From positions 41,232,001-41,296,000 of the forward strand of contig NC_086097.1 of NCBI RefSeq assembly GCF_963921235.1: DNA of 64,000 nucleotides, given 5' to 3'. Of the stretch, positions 12,801 to 26,471 are shown piece by piece. The position numbers were made by a program, and so were the translations under genes. Each line of letters opens with the position of its first letter. Within the stretch, counting starts at the first letter, position 1. This DNA is from Mobula hypostoma. Its lineage: Eukaryota. The notes under the pieces were generated by a model. It did not search any database and was not told the origin of the DNA. It saw only the letters and a program-made list of their open reading frames with translations.

Positions 12801-13769
12801 ACATAGAACATAGAATAGTACATCACATTACAGGCCCTTCGGCCCACAATGTTGTGCTGACTCTCAAACCCTGCCTCCCATATAACCCCCCACCTTAAAT
12901 TCCTCCATATACCTGTCTAGTAGTCTCTTAAACTTCACGAGTGCATCTGCCTCCACCACTGACTCAGGCAGTACATTCCACGCACCAACCACTCTCTGAG
13001 TAAAAAACCTTCCTCTAATATCCCCCTTGAACTTCCCACCCCTTACCTTAAAGCCATGTCCTCTTTTATTGAGCAGTGGTGCCCCGGGGAAGGGGCGCTG
13101 GCTATCCACTCTATCTATTCCTCTTATTATCTTGTATACCTCTATCATGTCTCCTCTCATCCTTCTTCTGTCCAAAGAGTAAAGACCTAGCTCCCTTAAT
13201 CTCTGATCATAATGCATACTCTCTAAACCAGGCAGCATCCTGGTAAATCTCCTCTGTACCCTTTCCAATACTTCCACATCCTTCTTATAGTGAGGCGACC
13301 AGAACTGGGCACAGTACTCCAAGTGTGGCCTAACCAGAGTTTTATAGAGCTGCATCATTACATCACGACTCTTAAACTCTATCCCTCCACTTATGAAAGC
13401 TAACACCCCAGAAGCTTTCTTAACTGCCCTATCTACCTGTGGAGCAACTATCAGGGATCTGTGGACATGTACCCCCAGATCCCTCTGCTCCTCCACACTA
13501 CCAAGTATCCTGCCATTTACTTTGTACTCTGCCTTGGAGTTTGTCCTTCCAAAGTGTCCCACCTCACACTTCTCCGGGTTGAACTCCATCTGCCACTTCT
13601 CAGCCCACTTCTGCATCCTATCAATGTCTCTCTGCAATCTTTGACAATCCTCTACACTATCTACAACACCACCAACCTTTGTGTTGTCTACAGACTTGCT
13701 AACCCACCCTTCTACCCCCACATCCAGGTCGTTAATAAAAATCACGAAAAGTAGAGGTCCCAGAACACT
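12801..13769 (-). mobile_element. Relatively young CR1 LINE, 5'-truncated
   Basis: Uninterrupted ~300-aa ORF (SVLGPLLFVIFINDLD...LYKTLVRPHLEYCAQFWSP...ERVQRRFTRMLPGL...FFTQRVV); 3' stem-loop and (TTCTATG)n tail at ~12801-12850. Confidence 0.92.
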
Positions 13770-13899
13770 GTTCAGTAAACCTGAACAGTGATACATCCCG
13801 GGGATCCCATGATCATTATCCCAGAGTGTTGATGGTTTTAGAGTTCGTGGTAGCTCGGAGTATAGTTTAGTAAAGTTCTTTCAATTTCAGTATAGTTCC

Positions 13900-14430
13900 T
13901 GTAGGTTAGAGGGTGGCAGTCATTGCCTCAGTCTTTAAAAAAGCATAGAGAGGTAAAACAGGGAACTACTGAGTTATTTTCTTAATGCTGATTGTTGAAA
14001 AGATGCTAGAACATTTCGTAAAAGACATAATAGAACACAGTGAAAGGATTAAAAAGAGCAAACTGAGCATGCAGAGATATAAAGGAAATCATGTTTGACT
14101 AATGTGCTGCATTCCTTTGACAATGTGACAAGTAGAATAGAGTCAGTGTATATGGTGCAATTAAATTTACAGAAGAATATTGATAAAGTCCCACACAGAA
14201 AGTTGAAAGATAAATTTAGAATACATAGAATTGGGATAATGTACCAAAACAGACTGAAAACTGGATATCAGGCTGAAACCATTGAGGGGGAAATAAGCCA
14301 ATCACTCTCAAATTGACAGACTATGACAACTACGATCAGTGCTAGGACTGTAGCTGGTCACAACCTATCTCAATGTTTTGTCGGAAGGAACCAAATGTTG
14401 TATTTCCAAGTTTCCTGGAGATATCACACT
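13900..14430 (+). mobile_element. Decayed CR1 RT fragment
   Basis: Remnants of the GNY.P.SL, KSCLTN.L, L.KAFDKVPH and SKF.DD motifs. Confidence 0.6.
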
Positions 14431-14849
14431 AGGTCAGAGTATGATGGAGACAGATGAGACTATAGCGCTGGAGAAAGCTCAATGGGCCAGGCAGAATCTG
14501 TGGAGAGAAATGAATGGTTGAAGTTTTGGCAAGACCCTTCATCTGGAGAGTATTTGTTGAGTCATTGGGTAATGGTGATATTCAGAGGGCTGTACATGTG
14601 ATTGAAGACCAATACACAAGTGCAGCAAGCAACCAGGAAGGAAAATATGTTAACTTTTACAGAATCAGAATCAGATTTATTATCACTAACATCACTGTAT
14701 GATATGAACTTTGGTGATTTGTGGCAGCAGTACAGTACAAGACATAGAAACCTATAAACTAAAAATAAATAAATAACGAGCAGAATTAAAAGAAATAATG
14801 AGGTAGTGTTTATTTGTTCACAGATGGTTTAGAAAGCTGATGGCAGAGT

Positions 14850-16011
14850 AGAATCAGAATCAGAATCAGCTTTATTATCACCGGCATGTGACGTGAAATT
14901 TGTTAACTTAGCAACAGCAGTTCAGTGCAATACATGATCTAGCAGAGAGAAAAAAATAAATGAACGTTAATGGATTACGTATATTGAATAGATTTTAAAA
15001 ACATGCAAAAACAGAAATACTGTATATTTTTTTAAAAAGTGAGGTAGTGTCCAAAGATTCAATGTCCATTTAGGAATCGGATGGCAGAGGGGAAGAAGCC
15101 GTTCCTGAATTGCTGAGTGTGTGCTTTCAGGCTTCTGAACCTCCTACCTGATGAGTGAGAAAAGGGCACGTCCTGGGTGCTGGAGGTCCTTAATAATGGA
15201 TGCTGACTTTCTGAGACACCGCTCCCTAAAGATGTCCTAGGTACTTTGCAGGCTAGTACCCAAGATGAAGCTGACTAGATTTACAACCTTCTGCAGCTTC
15301 TTTCGGTCCTATGCAGTCGCCTCTCCATACCGGGCAGTGATGCAGCCTGTCAGAACGCTCTCCATGGTACAGTTATAGAAGTTTTTTAGTGTACTTGTTG
15401 ACATGCCAAATCTCTTCAAACTCCTGATAAAGTATAGCTGCTGTCTTGCCTTCTTTATAACTACATCAATATGTTGGGACCAGGTTAGATCCTCAGACAC
15501 CCAGGAACTTGAAGCTACTCACCCTCTCTACTTCTGATCCCTCTATGAGGATTGGTATGTGTTCCTTCGCCTTACCCTTCCTGAAGTCCACATTCAGCTC
15601 TTTCGTCTTACTGACGTTGAGTACCAGGTTGTTGCTGTGGCACCACTCCACTAGTTGGCATATCTCACTCTCGTATGTCCTCTCGTCAACACCTGAGATT
15701 ATACCAACAATGGTTGTATCATCAGCAAATTTATAGATGGTATTTGAGCTATGCTTAGCCACACAGTAATGTGTATATAGAGAGTACAGCAGTGGGCTAA
15801 GCACTCATCCCTGAGGTGCACCAGTGTTGATCATCAGTGAGGAGGAGATATTATCACCAATCTGCACAGATTGTGCTCTTTCAGTTAGGAAGTCCAGGAT
15901 CAAATTGCAGAGGGAGGTACAGAGGCTCAGGTTCTACAACTTCCCAATCAGAATTGTGGGAATGAAGGTACTAAACGCTGAACTATAGTCAATGAACAGC
16001 ATCCTGACGTA
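14850..16011 (-). mobile_element. Rex1/Babar-like LINE (3' part), interrupted by the Tc1 element; continues at 17236-17405
   Basis: VRMLFIDYSSAF, GAPQG.VLSPLLYSLYT, KFADDTTIVG, LNVSKTKE..DFRK, KKARQQLYFIRSL motifs; (TTCTGA)n tail at 14850-14869. Upstream motifs ([18 protein letters not shown]) resume at 17236. Confidence 0.88.
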
Positions 16012-17235
<1,224 letters not shown>

Positions 17236-17409
17236 ATGGTCAGTCTAGTCATGACCAACCTCTCAAAGCATTTCATCACTGTCGATGTGAGTGCTACAGA
17301 GTGATAGTCATTAAGGCAGCCCACATTATTCTTCTGAGGCACTGGTATAATTGTTGCCTTTTTGAAGCATGTGGTAACTTCCGCCCATAGTAGTGAGACG
17401 TTGAAAATG

Positions 17410-17870
17410 AGAGGTTGATTGGAAGAAGATTTTCCTAAAATGTTGAGTACAGTATTCATCTTCAGTCTCCTGTACCTCCTCCCAGATAGTGGTAATAAAA
17501 AGAGGGCATGCCCCAGATGGTGAAGATCCTTATTGATAAATGCCACCTTCTTGAAGCACCACCTTTTGAAGATGTCCTTTATGGTGGGGAGGGTTGTGGA
17601 GCTGGCTAAGTGTATAACCCTCTGCAGCCACTTCTGATCCTGTACATCAGGCTGTGATTTCACCAGTCAGGATGTTCCCCACTGTACATCTGTAGAAATT
17701 AAATAGAGTCTTAGACGCCATACCAAATCTCCTCAAACTCTTCATGAAGTATAACCATTGGCTTGCCTTGTTAGTGATTGAATCTGAGATGTTGACACCC
17801 AGGAACATAAAGCTGCTCATCGTTTTCACCCCTGACCCCACAATGAAGACCGATCTGTGTTCTTACAAAC
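17410..17870 (-). mobile_element. Decayed Rex1-like LINE fragment
   Basis: FLGVNIS...KASQWLYF..LRRFGM...FYRCTV...[12 protein letters not shown]. Confidence 0.7.
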
Positions 17871-18179
17871 ATTTATTATAATTTTAACTGTGTGTCTATC
17901 TCAGGTTATGAATATATGACTTTTGAGCAGGCTGTACATACAAGCACGTATCTGGAAGTTTGGTGGGATGGACTTGCTAGCTGCTGTGGAGCTGCAGGCA
18001 TCTTCTGCTGTGTGGGAACTCAGTGTGAGGCAATATCATTCCACCTTGCAGAAAAATCTGAATGATTGAGTTAAGTACACTTGTTTGGATACCTATTGTT
18101 ATTATGTTTTAAATTTAAATATTTTGCCAGGCAGCCACATTTCTAATTTGCAAACTGTTCAAGTTATGAACAATTCTCA

Positions 18180-18760
18180 GAAATGTAAACCAGTGAGGAT
18201 TTGTATGGGAGTGAGGAAGTCTTATTGTGATTATTAAGGGACTTGGTGAGGCTGCACCAAGAGTTTTATAGTTTTACTCTCCTTTCCAACAAAAAGGATG
18301 TATTTTTCCCAGAAGGAGTTAGGCAAACTATTTCTGAAATAGGTCCAGGGATGGTAGGTTTGCCAAAAGAGGAGATTTGTGGAATGGGATTGTACTCTAT
18401 AGAACTTAGAAGAATTGCATCATTGAAACACAAAATTCTAAAAGGGCTTGAAAGGCTAGATGTGGCAAAGACAGTTTCCCAGACGGGAGAGTCTAAGGCC
18501 AGAATAAAGTTTCGGAATGAAGAATAGGCCATTTTGGATAAATTGAAGAGAAGTTCTTTCATTAGGAGAGTTTTGAACCTTTGAAATTCTCTATCCCAGA
18601 GGGCCATGGAGGATTATTTCTGGGCTTGATTGATTGATTTCTGGACATTAAAGGAATCGAGATATGAGCGTAGCATTGGGAAAACTGATGCATGTTGTAG
18701 CAGGCTCAAAGGACCTGGTGGGCAACTCCTGTTCATATTTCCTGTTTCTCATTTCTTCTG
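18180..18760 (+). mobile_element. Decayed CR1 3' fragment
   Basis: LVRLH..., GLYSIELRR, KILKGLERLD, FF..RVLNL.NSL remnants plus a CR1 tail. Confidence 0.65.
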
Positions 18761-18809
18761 TTGATTAAAACTAGATGAGCAGTGTTTGGATAAACTGACT
18801 CATCTAAAC

Positions 18810-21495
18810 CAGTGGTCCCCAACCACCGGGCTGCGAGGAAATGATATGATTTGGTGATATGAAACGATAGGAGTCAGCTGCACCTTTTCTCATTCCCTGT
18901 CATGCCCACTGTTGAACTTGAATGCGTGCAAGGTCATTACGCACGCGAGATCGTTTCCCATGTGAGGTCATCAGTCAGTCATTAAACTTCAACTTCTCGA
19001 TGAGTAAAAAACAAACGTTGCTTGAGAGTTTCTTTGGAAGAGATGGTAGGGGACATAAAAGGCATAACAATGATGATAACGCAGAGACAGCTGAGGCTGA
19101 GACTGCAAAAAAAAAAGAAAGCTTACTTCAACAGAAAATACGAGTCGTACATAAAATATGGCTTTATCGCACACTCCAAGCCCCCTGCATGTGATATGTA
19201 GAGACAAGCTGTCTAATGAGGCAATGAAGCCCTCAAAACTGCTTGGGCACCTTGAGTCCAAGCACCCTGCACTTAAAGTCAAACCCGTTGAGTTTTTTGA
19301 GCGGAAAAAAACGTGAGCAAGTGCTGAGAGCCACCACCTCCACAAATGCTGCTGCTCTGAGAGCGTCTACTTAGTGGCTAGCCGTATTGCTAAGGCTAAG
19401 AAGCCTTTCACCGGTGGTGAAGAATTCTTTCTGCCTGTTGCCCAGGACATGTGCCGTGAACTGTTGAGAGAAGCTTCAACGATGTTGAAATAATCAATCA
19501 CATCAAAGCAAAAGCCCTTAACTCATGTCTGTTTGAGCAGCTTTGCGAGGAAATGGATGCAGAGCACAAACGCCTTCTCGTATACGCTGAGGTCAGGTGG
19601 CTATCAAGGGGGAGAGCCCTGGCCAGGGATTTTCGGTTAAGAGAGCAGCTACAGAGATTTCATTCAGGAAAAAGTCACCACTGACAACGCACTTCAGTGA
19701 CGAGGAGTGGATAGCAAAACTCGCTGATCTGTGTGACATCTTCAACCTGCTCAGTGAACTCAATTTGTCACTTCAGGGGAGAATGAAAACTGTCTTCAAG
19801 TGGGCAGATAAAGTGTCTGCTTTCAAAGCCAAACTGGAACTGTGGGGATGGCGAGTGGACAGGGGCGTACTTGACATGTTCCCAACATTAGCTGGGATTT
19901 TGGGAGAGACTGAGGCTGCACCGTCCTTCTCACAGCTGGTGCGCGATCATCTATCTTCGCTGTTGATAGAATTCGAGCATTACTTTCCAACTACAAATGA
20001 CCCAAGATGTGTAAAGGAATAGGTCCATGACCCATTTGTGAATGTTCCCGGTGAATCATCCATGTCAGCACGGGAAGAAGATCAACTCCTCGAGCTTGCA
20101 GATGACGGTGGGCTGAAAAGTATGTTTGACATAACATCTCTGCCGGCATTCTGGATCAAAGTCAAGGCTGAATATCCTGAGATAGCCACAAAAGCACTGA
20201 AAACGTTGCCTCCATTTCCAACATCATATCACTGCAAAGCGGGGTTTTCTGCAATGAATGTTATGAAAACTAAATTGCAGAATAGATTGGACATAAGGAA
20301 CCCCCTTCGAGTATCACTGTCTCCCATCACCCCTCGATGGCACCGTCTTGTTGAAGGGAAACAAGCCCAGGGCTCCCACTGATTCAGCGATATTGGTGTG
20401 TTGCAATGATTTTATATGTTCATACGAGGAAAATATATGCTGTGTGTTTAATATCCAAACGTTACTTAAAATGTTGTGATGCTATTGACTCATAAGTGAC
20501 TTATAATTGACTTATCACTATATTCATGTGAGGAAAATATGCGCTGTGTGTTTAATATTAAATTCGTTAGATAAACCTTTTTAGAAATGAAGTTGAGTGT
20601 ATTAGCCACTTATAAAGCAAGGCTGCAGGTGGTAGACCTGAGGAGAGCTAAGGTACCAGTGACCCCTGTTTCCATCCAGGGGGTCAGTGTGGACATGGTG
20701 GAGGATTACAAATACCTGGGGATACGAATTGACAATAAACTCTTCTGGTCAAAGAACACTGAGGCTGTCTACAAGAAGGGTCAGAGCCGTCTCTATTTCC
20801 TGAGGAGACTGAGGTCCTTTAACATCTGCCGGATGATGCTGAGGATGTTCTACGAGTCTGTGGTGGCCAGTGCTATCATATTTGCTGTTGTGTGCTGGGG
20901 CAGCAGGCTGAGGGTAGCAGATACCAACAGAATCAACAAACTTATTCGTAAGGCCAGTGATGTTGTGGGGATGGAACTGGACTCTCTGACGGTGGTGTCT
21001 GAAAAGAGGATGCTGTCTATGTTGCATGCCATCTTGGACAATGTCTCCCATCCACTACATAATGTACTGGGTGGGCACAGGAGTACATTCAGCCAAAGAC
21101 TCATTCCTCCAAGATGCAGCACAGAGCGTCATAGGAAGTCATCCCTGCCTGTGGCCATCAAACTTTACAACTCCTCCCTGGGAGGGTCAGACACCCTGTG
21201 CCGATAGGCTGGTCCTGGACTTATTTCATAATTTACTGGTATAATTTTACATATTACTACTTAACTATTTATGGTTCTATTACTATTTATTATTTATGGT
21301 GCAACTGTAACGAAAACCAATTTCCCCCTGGGATCAAGAAAGTATGACTATGACTATGACTAAATGACTTATAGTTTACTTATCATCTATATTCTAGGCG
21401 TGATTAACACTCCTCCCCCCCCACCGTTGGCCAGTCCGCAAGATTATTATCAACATTAAACCAGTCCGCGGTGCAAAAAAGGTTGGAGAGCCCTG
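18810..21495 (+). mobile_element. hAT Charlie/Buster-type transposon (Charlie3/MER1-like ends), internally deleted, with a nested LINE
   Basis: TIRs CAGTGGTCCCCAACC / GGTTGGAGAGCCCTG; 8-bp TSD ATCTAAAC / GTCTAAAC with the central TA typical of Buster elements. Transposase pieces from MSKKQTLLESFF (19000) through EAMKPSKLL.HLESKH and VRWLSRG to FWIKVKAEYPEIA...KQAQGSH* (20382). Confidence 0.9.
20617..21360 (+). mobile_element. Rex1/Babar-like LINE 3' end nested in the hAT
   Basis: YKYLGIRIDNKL.WSKNT...KGQSRLYFLRRLRSF...FYESVVAS; (TATGAC)n tail. Same subfamily as 61573-62575. Confidence 0.88.
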
Positions 21496-22002
21496 GTCTA
21501 AACAATAGTGCAAGCTACTTTGTACCCTCACCTCACAGGAGTGACAGGAGTAGCATGGAGATGATACAATGGTTCTCCAGGGATGCCTGAGGCAAATTCC
21601 ATGTGCATAAGGAATTTGAAAGTTCCTGACACCAGAACAATAGACCTCCAGCTGAGAAATGCAGAAGGGGCCTCATTTTTCCACAACTTGATTGGGGATA
21701 GAAAGCTAGCTTAATAGAGGTGATTTTTTTTAAAAAAATTACTGTTATTACATCCTAGATTTGGCTAAAGTACAAATTGGACCAAAGAGACACATTCTTG
21801 AATGTAAACTGTTTAAAGCTCTTATAGAATCATCTGGTCCAGTTGCAAACAAGGTGGATGAAAGGTAATTGTAGCAATGGCGCTATTTAAACCTCTCCAG
21901 ACCAATCTTTTTAACTTATGCTCTACATTATCATCACTTTCTTCTTGCTAAGCAAGTTGTAGAAAGGTTCTGTGCTTGTTGTCTCAAAATTAATGTACTT
22001 TG

Positions 22003-22222
22003 TGTGGTAAACCATATATATGTTGTAACTGTCTGAACACACCCCTCTGCTGACTGCCCCTGTGGCTCCTCCCACAGATTCATGTATAAAGGTGATTTGG
22101 CCTTGCCTCTCCCCGTCAGTCCAGGGGCAGATACTCACCATGGAGGTCGTATTGTACAACGAATAAAAGCCTTTCAGTATTTTACCCAACTTCAGTCTTT
22201 TGGAGTTATTGAAGGTGCTTCA
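22003..22222 (+). repeat. 5' LTR of the Gypsy element (TATA tgtataaa ~22083, AATAAA 22162-22167)
   Basis: Direct repeat of 26242-26471; by eye about 13 substitutions and 3 indels between the copies. Confidence 0.95.
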
Positions 22223-22248
22223 ATTTTATTCGCTGTACATTTTAATAC

Positions 22249-23640
22249 ATGGAACATGCGCTGAGACCCAACAAATTAGACCTCAATCCACAAACGCCTG
22301 AAGCTGGAAATGCTTTCGAACTCTGGCTGGCCTACTTCGAAGCGTACCTAGAGGAGATTAAAGCGACCGACCCCGTAGCGAAGTGCAGAGTTCAACTCTC
22401 CAGGGTCAGTCCACGGGTCTATTCGCTGATCAGAGACCAGCCGAGCTAAGAGGGCGCAATGAGCACCCTCAAAGGACAATACCTGCAGCCGATAAACAGC
22501 GTCTATGCTCGGCACCGCTTAGCGACACGGCAACAACGCCCCGGGGAATCGAGTGCTGAGTTTGTCCGGGCCCTACAGACACTTGTGCGAGCCTGCAATT
22601 GCCAGGAGCTGACGGCGGCGCAGCATGCAGAGCTCCTAGAGAGGGACGCCTTTGTCACGGGGACCAGGTCAGTGTATGGGCGCCAGCAGCTGCTGGAAAA
22701 AGCCAATCTTACCTTAAGTTCAGTGATCGAGCTGGCCAACACACTGCAGGCCGCTCTGCATAACTCCGAGGCTCTCCAGGCACGCGATCCCCCGATGGCC
22801 TCGTGGGCGCCGCAGACCCTGCAACCCGCCGGCGAATCGACCTTGGCTGCTGCCAGTCGCGAGTCCACAAAGTGCTACTTCTGCAGACTCCAGAAGCACC
22901 CCTGGAAACGCTGCCTGGCTCGACAAGCTACCTGCTCCAGCTGTGGAAAGAATGGCCACTTCGCCAAGGTCCGTAAGTCCAAACCGCAAGCGAGATTGAG
23001 CAGCGTCACGTGCGAAACATGGGGGTCGCCATCTTGCCTGCTGCCATCTTCCCTGCACGCCGCCACCACGTGTGAGAGATGGGGGCCGCCATCTTCCCTG
23101 CACGCCGCCACCATGTGCGAGACATGGGGGCGGCCATCTTGGTCGGTGCCCCCTCCCACCACCTACGACCAACGGGTGCTCACGGGGCACCCCACCGCGC
23201 CGGACCAAGACAGCGACTCAACCCTGGCCTCCGTGACCCTTGACCAAAGCGCTGCCCACCAGCTCGCAAGGTCATTCTGGTGGAGGGGCGCAGGACAAGC
23301 TGCCTGTTTGAGACAGGCAGCACGGAGAGTTTTATCCACCCGGACACGGTGCAGCATTGCGGACTTGTGATATGGCCGGTAAGTCAGAGGGTCACCATGG
23401 CTTTCAGGTCGCATACAACAGACATTCGGGGGGGTTGTGTAGCGACGCTAGTGGTGCAGGGCACAGAATATCGAGACTTTACGTTACTGGTCATGCCTCA
23501 ACTGTGTGCCCCTGTGCTGTTGGGGCTCGACTTCCAGAGCCACCTGAAAAGCGTGACAATGAAGTATGATGGGCCCCTCCCACCAATTACTGTCGTAAAT
23601 CCCCAGTTTTGTAGGGATACGTCACATACCCCACTACTGA

Positions 23641-23681
<41 letters not shown>

Positions 23682-26147
23682 GACCCGCACATCCCACCCA
23701 ACACCATGCCAACTGTCGCACGACCGATACCACTTGCGGCCTCTCCACCCTCAAGATCCCTCCCCCACCGCTGTTCGCCAACCTGACCCCCGACTGTAAA
23801 CCTGTGGCAACTAAAAGCAGGAGGTACAGCGCGGGGGACAGAGCTTTCATTAAGTCGGAGGTGCAGCGGCTGCTCAGGGAGGGGGTCATTGAGGCAAGCA
23901 CAAGTCCTTGGAGGGCGCAGGTGGTCGTTGTTCGGAACGGGGAGAAAAATAGGATGGTCGTGGACTATAGCCAGACCATCAATAGGTTCACGCAGCTCAA
24001 CGCGTACCCTCTACCCCGCATCGCGGATGCGGTCAATCAGATAGCACAGTACAAGGTGTACTCGACCATAGACCTAAAATCCGCTTACCATCAGCTCCCC
24101 ATCTGCCGGGAGGACCACTCTTACACCGCCTTCGAGGCGGACGGTAGGCTTTATCAATTCCTGCATGTCCCCTTCGGTGTCACGAATGGTGTATCTGTCT
24201 TCCAGAGAGAAATGGACCAGATGGTGGACCAGTGCCAACTGAAGGCCACGTTCCCACATCTGGATAACATCACCATCTGCGGTCACAACCGGCAGGATCA
24301 CGACAACAACCTCCAAAAATTTCTCCAAGCGGCCAAAGCTTTCAATCTCACCTATAACAAGGACAAGTGTGTGTTCGGAACCACCTGACTTGCTATCCTT
24401 GGGTGTGTCGTGGAGAATGGAATCATTGGCCCTGACCCCGACCGTATGCGCCCCCTGTTGGAGCTCCCTCTTCCCAATACCCTCAGAGCCCTCAAAAGGT
24501 GCCTGGGCTTCCTTTCGTATTATGCCCAATGGGTTTCTAACTGCACAGACAAGGCCCGCTCCCTGGTCATGTCCACCACATTCCCCCTCTCAGCCGAGGC
24601 CTGCGCGGCCTTCAGCCCCATAAAAGGGGACATTGCCAAAGCAGCAATGCATGCGGTGGATGAGTCCATTCCCTTCCAAGTAGAGAGTGACGCCTCCGAC
24701 TTTGCGCTGGCTGCTACCCTCAACCAGGCAGGAAGACCAGTGACGTTCTTCTCCCGTACTCTTCAAGGCCCTGAAATTCGGCACTCCGCGGTGGAGAAAG
24801 AGGCCCAGGCCATAGTGGAAGCTATTAGGCACTGGAGGCACTATCTTGTCAGCAAAAGGTTCACTCTGCTAACTGACCAGCGCTCAGTCGTATTCATGTT
24901 TAATAACCAACAGTGGGGCAAAATCAAAAATGATAAAATTCTGAGGTGGAGAATCGAACTCTCTACCTACAACTATGACATCATGTACAGTCCTGGGAAG
25001 CTCAATGAGCCCTCCAATGCCCTATCCCGGGGAACGTGCGCCAGCGCGCAGATCAACCGGCTATACGCCCTACATGTAGATCTTTGCCACCTGGGAGTCA
25101 CCCAGCTTTTCCACTTCGTGAAAGCCCGGAACCTGCCTTACTCCATTGAGGAGATCAGGTTGATGACCAGGGATTGCCAAGTCTGCGCAGAGTGCAAGCT
25201 GCACTTCTACCGACCCGAAAAGGCGCAACTCATCAAGGCCACCCACCCCTTTGTGCGACTGAGTGTTGACTTTAGGGGCCCCCTTCCCTCCACTGACCGC
25301 AATGTTTACTTTCTTAATGTTTTCGACGAGTACTCGCCATCCCCTGCCCCGACACCACTACCACGTCAGTTATAAAAGCCCTGCACAAGCTCTTCACTCT
25401 GTTCGGATACCCATGCTATATCCACTGTGACAGAGGGTCCTCGTTTATGAGTGACGAGCTATGCCAATACCTACTGGCTTGGGGAATTGCAACTAGTAGG
25501 ACTACGAGCTATAATCCCCGGGGGAATAGACGGGTGGAAAAGGAGAATGCCACAGTGTGGAAAGCCACACTCTTAGCCCTCAGGTCAAAGGGACTGCCGG
25601 TCTCCCGCTGGCAGGAGGTCCTTCCCGAGGCACTCCACTCCATCCGCTCCCTGTTATGCACAGCCACAATGCCACCCCTCATGAGTGGCTCTTTTCTTTT
25701 CCCAGAAAGTCGACCACTGGGACCACCCTACCAACTTGGCTGACGTCCCCGGGGCCAGTGCTCCTCCGGAAACATGTGAGGAGCAATAAATACTCCCCGA
25801 TAGTCGAGAGGGTTCATTTACTTCATGCGAACCCTCAGTATGCCTACGTGGTTTTATCTGATGGGCGGGAGGACACAGTCTCCATCCGCGACCTGGCACC
25901 CGCAGGAGCACCGGGACCCTACCCTGAACACTCCGTGGTGACTATTGACCCCATAACCACCGATATATATACCCACAAGACACCGCGCACTCCAAGCCCC
26001 ACACAGATACCACACGACACTCCCATACCGGGCGCGACGCACACGCACGAGGGATTAACAATGCCTAACGTGCTGGCACCTGAAGTCAGGCCGGAGCCAG
26101 CACAACCGCCATCGCCGGTGGTATGTAGATCACAGCGACGGACTTGA
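22249..26147 (+). pseudogene. Gypsy gag-pol pseudogene
   Basis: Gag from ATG 22249 with an in-frame stop at 22447 and CCHC-like knuckles (CYFC...H...C; CSSCGKNGHF). Protease LFETGS (catalytic D to E). RT SPWRAQVVVV, YSTIDLKSAYHQ, PFG, HLDN. RNase H ESDASD. Integrase H..H..CQVC, VDFRGP, HCDRG, YNPRGN. Confidence 0.92.
23642..23681 (+). repeat. (CA)n microsatellite inside the Gypsy pol
   Basis: About 19-20 CA units between protease and RT. Confidence 0.95.
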
Positions 26148-26241
26148 CCGCCTGATAGACTTGACCTGTAAATATACTTCTTTTAAATATACTCAGTCAC
26201 TTCACCCCGCGGGACTCTTTTTTAAAAAAAGGAGGGGTGAA

Positions 26242-26471
26242 TGTGGTAAACCATATATATGTTGTAACTGGGTTAACTGTCTGGACACACCCCTCTGCTG
26301 ACTGCCCCTGTGGCTCCTCCCACAGATTCATGTATAAAAGTGATTTCGCCTTGCCCCTCTCCCTCAGTCTGGGGCAGACACTCACCATGGAGGTCGTATT
26401 CTACAGCGAATAAAGGCCTTTCAGTATTTTACCCAACTTCAGTCTTTTGACGTTATTGAAGGTGCACTTCA
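26242..26471 (+). repeat. 3' LTR of the Gypsy element
   Basis: Preceded by the PPT, followed by TSD CTTTG. Confidence 0.95.

Larger units (their letters stand above)
22003..26471 (+). mobile_element. Full-length Ty3/Gypsy LTR retrotransposon (inactivated)
   Basis: LTRs 22003-22222 and 26242-26471 (TG...CA); 5-bp TSD CTTTG (21998-22002, 26472-26476); PPT AAAAAAAGGAGGGGTGAA before the 3' LTR; domain order gag-PR-RT-RNH-IN. Confidence 0.96.

Noticed and set aside
20617..21360. Inverted near-identical Rex1 pair (with 61573-62575) as a circRNA driver
   Set aside because: Both copies lie downstream of the only exon, so no exon sits between them.
22503..24841. Antisense ORFs within the Gypsy element
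   Set aside because: Expected shadows of GC-rich gag-pol coding sequence; no recognisable motifs.
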